From an uncultured virus (IMG/VR IMGVR_UViG_3300036766_000639) (Duplodnaviria; Heunggongvirae; Uroviricota; Caudoviricetes), in IMG/VR virus record IMGVR_UViG_3300036766_000639: a stretch of DNA of 20,000 nucleotides, one strand, 5' to 3'. The notes beneath the pieces are model-generated. The model saw only the letters and a program-made list of their open reading frames with translations. It had not been told where the DNA came from and ran no database searches. Positions 15,150 to 20,000 of this stretch are shown in pieces (positions within the stretch are counted from its first letter, which is position 1; the number at the start of each line of letters is the position of its first letter). The position numbers were made by a program, and so were the translations under genes.

Positions 15150-17336
15150 CTATATATCCGATGGTCCGCCGACCTCCAGGCGCACCAACGCCCCGAGAAG
15201 TTTAGAGGTGTTGGAGAAAAAGCTACCGCCCACGCGGCACTCAAACTGCGTGCTTCCATACGCATACGCAGGCGCACCAGGAAGCAGGCTAAGTATTTGC
15301 CTGCCTAGCCCAACACCAGCAGCCGACGCTAGTAGCGAAACCACAGGCACAGGTGGCACAGGTATATAATAGTTCGTGTCCCATTTATGGAGGGTTGCTG
15401 TCACCCCGGTGCCCGCCTGGTCAATCAAAAGTTTGACCTCCAAGATCGCGCAGCCTGGCGGTATAACAAGCGCCACAACCCAAGTGCAAGTGCCTAGTTG
15501 GTTGTTCCAGTGCGCCTCTGTTGCTGGCGCAGAGGCAGCGATGTACGACCCGTTACTGCTGACCAGATTGAAATCGCTAACCGGAACGACGTAGGTGACT
15601 TCGCGGACAGTGTCGTACTGATAGCTTCCTTCGTTGCGTACATATTCCTCAAGATAAAGAACGCCGCCAAGACGGAGGCTTTCCATGTACGGCGACGTGC
15701 TCCACGCGGCATCCGACCAAGGAACGGCTGTGACGAACTTACCCCGCATGTCCACGCCGGTATTCTGATACGCGGTCTTAGACGCCTTCTCGGTAGTGTC
15801 ATCCGCATTCCAGAATTGATCGCCGCCGCCGCCCCAGCGTGCGTTGACGGTGAAAACCATGCCTTTTTCGAGTGCGGGAGCCGTCTTCGCATAAACCCTG
15901 GCGCGGACATTCGAGGATTGCGAAAGACGGTAGGCGTGCAGCAGCTTATACGTATGCGGGATCGTGTCCTGATCCGCCGTGGAGTCCGTGCCACTAATGC
16001 CGAAGGCATTTGGCCCAAAGTCTTGATCTACGACCTTCAGGATGTACGGCGTGTCCCAACGCGGAACATTGATCGTCTGCTTGTTGCCTGCCTTGGACAG
16101 CGACAAAACCAGGTCCAGGGCCGGGGATATAACGGACGTTACCCGAGCTACAGCGCTCTGAGCGATCCGACTCAACGCTCCAGTCGGTACGAGATCCAGT
16201 CCCATGCCGCGAAGCACCGGCAGCGAAACCTCTCCGATGGCCGCACCTTCGTCGTCAACGACTGAAGCCTGCGGTTGCAGGAACATGCGCAGGTCCGCCA
16301 CGTAGAACGTGCTGGGACCTACACCAAGGTCTACCGCCGCTTCCAAGTGCCACACGAAGTAGCCAGCAACAGGCGCGGTGAACGTCCCGACCAGCTGCGC
16401 GTACGAGAACGTGCCCACATGAATCGCGGCGCTGCTCGCCACTTGGGCGGTGCTTTGGAGCACATCCGCCGCGTCGTAAAACGTGACGATCAAGCGCAGG
16501 CCATTGGTGCCATTGGTGTACGCCCCAACAGTCACGCCCGAAAGCCACAGCGACACGTCGATGTCTTGTCCCGCGCGCACAGGCACAACGCCGCCGTCCA
16601 GGGGGTTGAGGCTGCTGTACTGGCCGGGACCGATCTTGGCCGTGGATGCGACGTTGGGAATCGCAATCTCCAAGGCGCTTGTTCCAGAGCGCGGATTCGT
16701 ACCGTTCACAGCAACAGTGGCTGCGCCTGTAACCTCCCCAGTAAACCCAGGAATGGTCTGCAAAAAACCGGGAATGGCGTTGCCGTCGCTCTCGTCGAAG
16801 GATCCGTTTTTGATAATCTGATGCCAAGACCGAGATGCCGCACCGGCAACTTGCTTCCATGGCAGCGTGCTCTCCGCCACAGATACGGCGCTGGCCGGGA
16901 TCACTCCAGCTCCTGGCACGGCAACGACACCGAGAACGATCAACTCATTCTTTTCCGGCGCAGCGTTGTAGTCGGCCACCGAGTAGACGCGAAGCTCTGC
17001 CACCGTTGCCGAACTGATCGTGTATTCGGCGAACAGAACCACGTAGACCGTGGAATTGGCGAATGCCGTAAGCGGGACCGAGATGGTACCGCCGCTCCTA
17101 CGCAAGGTGAGCGAGAATCCGAGCAACGATTCGTAGACAGCGAGGTGTCGGCCAAGAGAGTCCGAATCCAACTGAGCCGTCAACGGAGCGAGGCTCGGGG
17201 CAAGAGCGAAGCCACGATAGATGCCGCGCGGGATGACACCCGCGAGCTTGGCGTTCAGCCCCTCCGAGACGTAGGTCTCGGCGAACCGCATCTTGACGTC
17301 GCTACTTGGGAAGCTCTGAATTGTGGTGGCGGCCAT
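15150..17336 (-). CDS. tail fibre / receptor-binding protein with a CBM-like jelly-roll domain (728 aa)
   Basis: Beta-rich. Has an N-terminal anchor LAGVIPRGIYRGF and a CBM-like start IIKNGSFDE...PRSGTSALEI. Located after the tail-collar gene, with SD AGGAG. Confidence 0.7.
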   Translation of the reverse strand: MAATTIQSFPSSDVKMRFAETYVSEGLNAKLAGVIPRGIYRGFALAPSLAPLTAQLDSDSLGRHLAVYESLLGFSLTLRRSGGTISVPLTAFANSTVYVVLFAEYTISSATVAELRVYSVADYNAAPEKNELIVLGVVAVPGAGVIPASAVSVAESTLPWKQVAGAASRSWHQIIKNGSFDESDGNAIPGFLQTIPGFTGEVTGAATVAVNGTNPRSGTSALEIAIPNVASTAKIGPGQYSSLNPLDGGVVPVRAGQDIDVSLWLSGVTVGAYTNGTNGLRLIVTFYDAADVLQSTAQVASSAAIHVGTFSYAQLVGTFTAPVAGYFVWHLEAAVDLGVGPSTFYVADLRMFLQPQASVVDDEGAAIGEVSLPVLRGMGLDLVPTGALSRIAQSAVARVTSVISPALDLVLSLSKAGNKQTINVPRWDTPYILKVVDQDFGPNAFGISGTDSTADQDTIPHTYKLLHAYRLSQSSNVRARVYAKTAPALEKGMVFTVNARWGGGGDQFWNADDTTEKASKTAYQNTGVDMRGKFVTAVPWSDAAWSTSPYMESLRLGGVLYLEEYVRNEGSYQYDTVREVTYVVPVSDFNLVSSNGSYIAASAPATEAHWNNQLGTCTWVVALVIPPGCAILEVKLLIDQAGTGVTATLHKWDTNYYIPVPPVPVVSLLASAAGVGLGRQILSLLPGAPAYAYGSTQFECRVGGSFFSNTSKLLGALVRLEVGGPSDI

Positions 17337-17354
17337 GGTCCTTCTCCTACTAGA

Positions 17355-18077
17355 TCACCACACTAACTCGATTATATGATTTAGCTGAATGACCAGTGTC
17401 TTGGTCTCATCCGGGAACGTCATATACACGAGCATGACGTTGTTCGCATCGAACAGCCCAAGCTCGAAGAACTGCGGGTTGTTGCCGAGCTGATCAGCGC
17501 TCGCCTCGGCCGCGAGCACGATGGCCGTGACCTCGGTGATGGCTGGCACGCCCGAGGTGAACAGCACGTCCGAGTTGGCCATGGCCTTGCGGAACGTAAA
17601 CAACGGCTCGGCCGCCTTGTGGCACCGACGCGCCTCGGCGAGCAAGTGCGTCCCGCCGACGTATGGCGCGACCAGCGTGATCGAGTTGTTGGTGTTCACG
17701 AACAGAACCTGGCCCCAGCCGTCCTCCTCGGAGCCAGGCTGACCGGCCGCATTCACGAACGCCGACGGCAGCGGGCCTGGCTTGATCCAATCGCCCACGG
17801 CGACGTCGGCCAAGAACGTCGTGCCAGATCCGATCACGGCCGCCGACCCGTTCGTGAACTCGCAAAACCCGCCACCGGCAAGCGGTGTGCCTTCGGACTG
17901 CAAGTCGCGGAAAGTCGGGTCCGGCGTAATCGGCGTCTTCGGTGGCAGGTCGATGAACCCGCCTTCGCCGATCTTGAAGTGCGTGATCTCGGCCTGAACA
18001 TCGGCGACGTCGCGCGCGTACACCCGCGCAAGGATCTCGCGCCATCCTTCCTGGACGATTGCTTGGACGGTCGCCAC
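17355..18077 (-). CDS. tail-collar fibre (DUF3751-like) baseplate protein with an inserted beta module (240 aa)
   Basis: EGWREILA...ITHFKIGEGG...P...L at the N-terminus and FELGLFDANNVMLVYMTFPDETK at the C-terminus. Confidence 0.75.
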   Translation of the reverse strand: MATVQAIVQEGWREILARVYARDVADVQAEITHFKIGEGGFIDLPPKTPITPDPTFRDLQSEGTPLAGGGFCEFTNGSAAVIGSGTTFLADVAVGDWIKPGPLPSAFVNAAGQPGSEEDGWGQVLFVNTNNSITLVAPYVGGTHLLAEARRCHKAAEPLFTFRKAMANSDVLFTSGVPAITEVTAIVLAAEASADQLGNNPQFFELGLFDANNVMLVYMTFPDETKTLVIQLNHIIELVW

Positions 18078-18096
18078 GTACTCTCCTGGTCTGACC

Positions 18097-19845
18097 CTAC
18101 GGGGTCGTCGAAACGCTGCCTGAGACTATCAGATGTGAAGGATCAACCGGAATCACATCTGCGGGAATGAGATCATAGTAGAAGCCGACGCTTGCCACAG
18201 CGGTCACGGCCCGGCCCGCGACCGCCTGGACCGACACGTTGATTGGCACCTGGACTGGCCCAATGACCTGGACGACCTCGGTGACGCGCACATGAGCCGG
18301 GATGACACCGAGAATTTTCGCGACCAACCGTTCCAGGACTCCATCCAGCAGAGCGTCAGGATCGGAGAAAACCTCGACCGGCACGACCTCGACGCGGATC
18401 ACGCTCGCCCGACAGTAGCCGCAGCTCGGCGCAATCCGGCACTGGTAGCTCGCGTTGGCCTCGGTCCCGAAGTTCGGCGCGGTGCCTGCCAGGATCTCGA
18501 ACTCCCATTCGCCCGGCAGTCCTTCGACCGGCAGCGTCTCCAGGAAATGCTTGACCCCCGGAATGGTCGGGAACTCGGCGTACCAGAACCCGATGGCTGC
18601 AACCGTGTGCATGTCCGCCGGGCCCACGCGCACGCGCCAGCGCCCGCCTGTGAGGTCCGTGGCGCTGAGGATTGGCATGGCCTGCGTGTACGACGAGATT
18701 GCGTCATCGACGCTCGTACCATCCGGCAGGGGGCCCGGCGGCGGCGTGATGCCGTCGGTCGTCCAGTCGGGCGTCTCCCAGCAGAACAGATCAAGCGGGA
18801 TCGTGTCTGCGGCGATCTCGTCGAAGCGAGGCCGCAGCGGATCGAGGGTCGTGTAGAATTTGCCGCTGCCAGGCGGAACCTCGAACACCTCGTTGAGCGG
18901 AAGCGCTGACGGCACCGTATCCAGCCGCCACAGCGCGTATGCCACAGCTCGGTACCCGGCAATCTTGGCAATGATGTCGTACGACTTCTGGGCGCCCTTG
19001 AGCGAGAGCCACTGGCTGATGTCGTGCACGGAGCTGCGCTGGAACGACTCCGGCTCGTGCGTGTCCACTTCCAGCCCGAAATCCTCGCCGAGGAACTGGA
19101 TGAGCGCTGGCGGCCTGATCACCGCCGCTCCGCGGACGCCCTGGGTCACGACCGATGACACCGCCAGGCCCGTCGTGGAGCCCTGATACGGGCCCTCTAG
19201 GACGAGGGCGAGGTTGCTGGTCACGCTCAGCACCCTGGACGCGCGGCCGCCCGCTCGCGGGGCCACGTAGTCGCCAGGAGAGACCTCGGCGAGGAACAGG
19301 GTCCCGGTGCCGACCGCGCTTGTGGAGCCAGCCACGAATTGGACCGATCCCGTCAGCATGTCGCCAGCCTGCACGGCCGACGTTGGCAGCTCGGCGCTGC
19401 CCACCAGCTCTACCGTCGGACCGATGTCGCGGAGCTTGTGAACGGCGTTGACCGTGTACTCGCGACCGGCGGCGTCCTTCAGAATCCACCCAACGGACAC
19501 CTTCCCCAGTGGCGAGAACGGATCGGTGTCCAGATCCTCCAGCCTGGAGTCGATGGTCCGGCCGGTGGACCCCGTGACCGAGTCAAGGATGTTGACCTCG
19601 ATGCGCCCCTGGAACTGAGTGCGGACGCGATCCGGATCGCGCAGATCGCCGAACCTACGGGCGAACCGCAACAGCTCGTCGAACGTCGGCCTCAGCGCAT
19701 CGGTGAACAGCTCCAGTCGGCCGCCGCCGATACCGGCATCAAGCCGACGATCGATCGCAGGCAGGTCTCGAAACAAGACCTGCTTCGCCCAGTCGTACTG
19801 CCCAAAAGGACCGTGTCCAAACGGACCGTAGCCGAAGCCTGGCAT
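18097..19845 (-). CDS. baseplate wedge / P2 gpI-like phage tail protein (582 aa)
   Basis: LFRDLPAIDRRLD, LIQFLGEDFGL...WLSLKGAQKSYDIIAKIAGY and the C-terminal VIPAHV are typical of wedge proteins. It precedes the collar and fibre genes. Confidence 0.7.
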   Translation of the reverse strand: MPGFGYGPFGHGPFGQYDWAKQVLFRDLPAIDRRLDAGIGGGRLELFTDALRPTFDELLRFARRFGDLRDPDRVRTQFQGRIEVNILDSVTGSTGRTIDSRLEDLDTDPFSPLGKVSVGWILKDAAGREYTVNAVHKLRDIGPTVELVGSAELPTSAVQAGDMLTGSVQFVAGSTSAVGTGTLFLAEVSPGDYVAPRAGGRASRVLSVTSNLALVLEGPYQGSTTGLAVSSVVTQGVRGAAVIRPPALIQFLGEDFGLEVDTHEPESFQRSSVHDISQWLSLKGAQKSYDIIAKIAGYRAVAYALWRLDTVPSALPLNEVFEVPPGSGKFYTTLDPLRPRFDEIAADTIPLDLFCWETPDWTTDGITPPPGPLPDGTSVDDAISSYTQAMPILSATDLTGGRWRVRVGPADMHTVAAIGFWYAEFPTIPGVKHFLETLPVEGLPGEWEFEILAGTAPNFGTEANASYQCRIAPSCGYCRASVIRVEVVPVEVFSDPDALLDGVLERLVAKILGVIPAHVRVTEVVQVIGPVQVPINVSVQAVAGRAVTAVASVGFYYDLIPADVIPVDPSHLIVSGSVSTTP

Positions 19846-19912
19846 ATCTCGTCAAATCCTCGCGGCCGCCACGCACGCAGCTTACCTAGCCTATGCCGTA
19901 CCGACAAGGCTC

Positions 19913-20000
19913 TTACTTGGTGGTTCGCACGGCCCCGCGCTCTAGCAGCAAGTTGAACACCTTGCTGTTCACAGCCTCTTGAACATCGGTGTTGTAGGTC
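19913..20000 (-). CDS. 3' end of an upstream gene (partial)
   Basis: Open frame ...TYNTDVQEAVNSKVFNLLLERGAVRTTK* ending at TAA 19913-19915. Confidence 0.5.
   Translation of the reverse strand, partial: TYNTDVQEAVNSKVFNLLLERGAVRTTK

Noticed and set aside
15150..15700. Diversity-generating retroelement target in the tail-fibre tip
   Set aside because: No template-repeat copy and no reverse transcriptase are visible in the window.
13703..19845. Extracellular contractile injection system (eCIS/tailocin) locus
   Set aside because: The tube-initiator and baseplate genes are shared with myophages. The surrounding Gp157, early-type small genes and head-type L-x-E proteins point to a phage genome.
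15..19956. Long plus-strand ORFs (e.g. 4064-5548, 10104-11339, 16275-17366, 8402-9325)
   Set aside because: These are antisense shadows of high-GC minus-strand genes, with no SD or recognisable motifs. Only 7233-7649 is accepted.
1..20000. Stop-codon reassignment, tRNA genes or CRISPR arrays
   Set aside because: Genes tile the window under the standard code, with TGA, TAG and TAA all ending genes. Intergenic gaps are short and show no cloverleaf or repeat-spacer pattern.

Overview
This high-GC window is a densely packed segment of a large tailed phage genome (myovirus-type, probably with a diderm host). Almost all genes are on the minus strand, and many are coupled by ATGA/GTGA overlaps. In transcription order (right to left) it holds four blocks. 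(1) A baseplate/tail-fibre module: baseplate wedge-like protein, tail-collar fibre (DUF3751-like), tail fibre, DUF4376-like protein and a CIS-tube/tube-initiator-like protein. (2) A block of probable head-packaged proteins, including a ParB/Srx-domain protein and a monofunctional RelA/SpoT small alarmone synthetase (SAS). (3) Scattered lysis-like membrane genes and two large acidic-linker 'beads-on-a-string' proteins. (4) An early-type block with sigma70 promoters, Gp157 and small Cys-rich proteins. The most striking signal is that three proteins with unrelated cargo domains (ParB, hydrophobic helical, SAS) share one N-terminal module, L-x-E-x2-[FA]K-x-G-[TD]-x-R-x-[WF]...W. In addition, a ~1000-aa protein is divided by repeated L-[DTS]-E sites into small domains. 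I infer a prohead-protease-processed, capsid-delivered effector set. All family calls come from motif recognition by eye, not from database searches.
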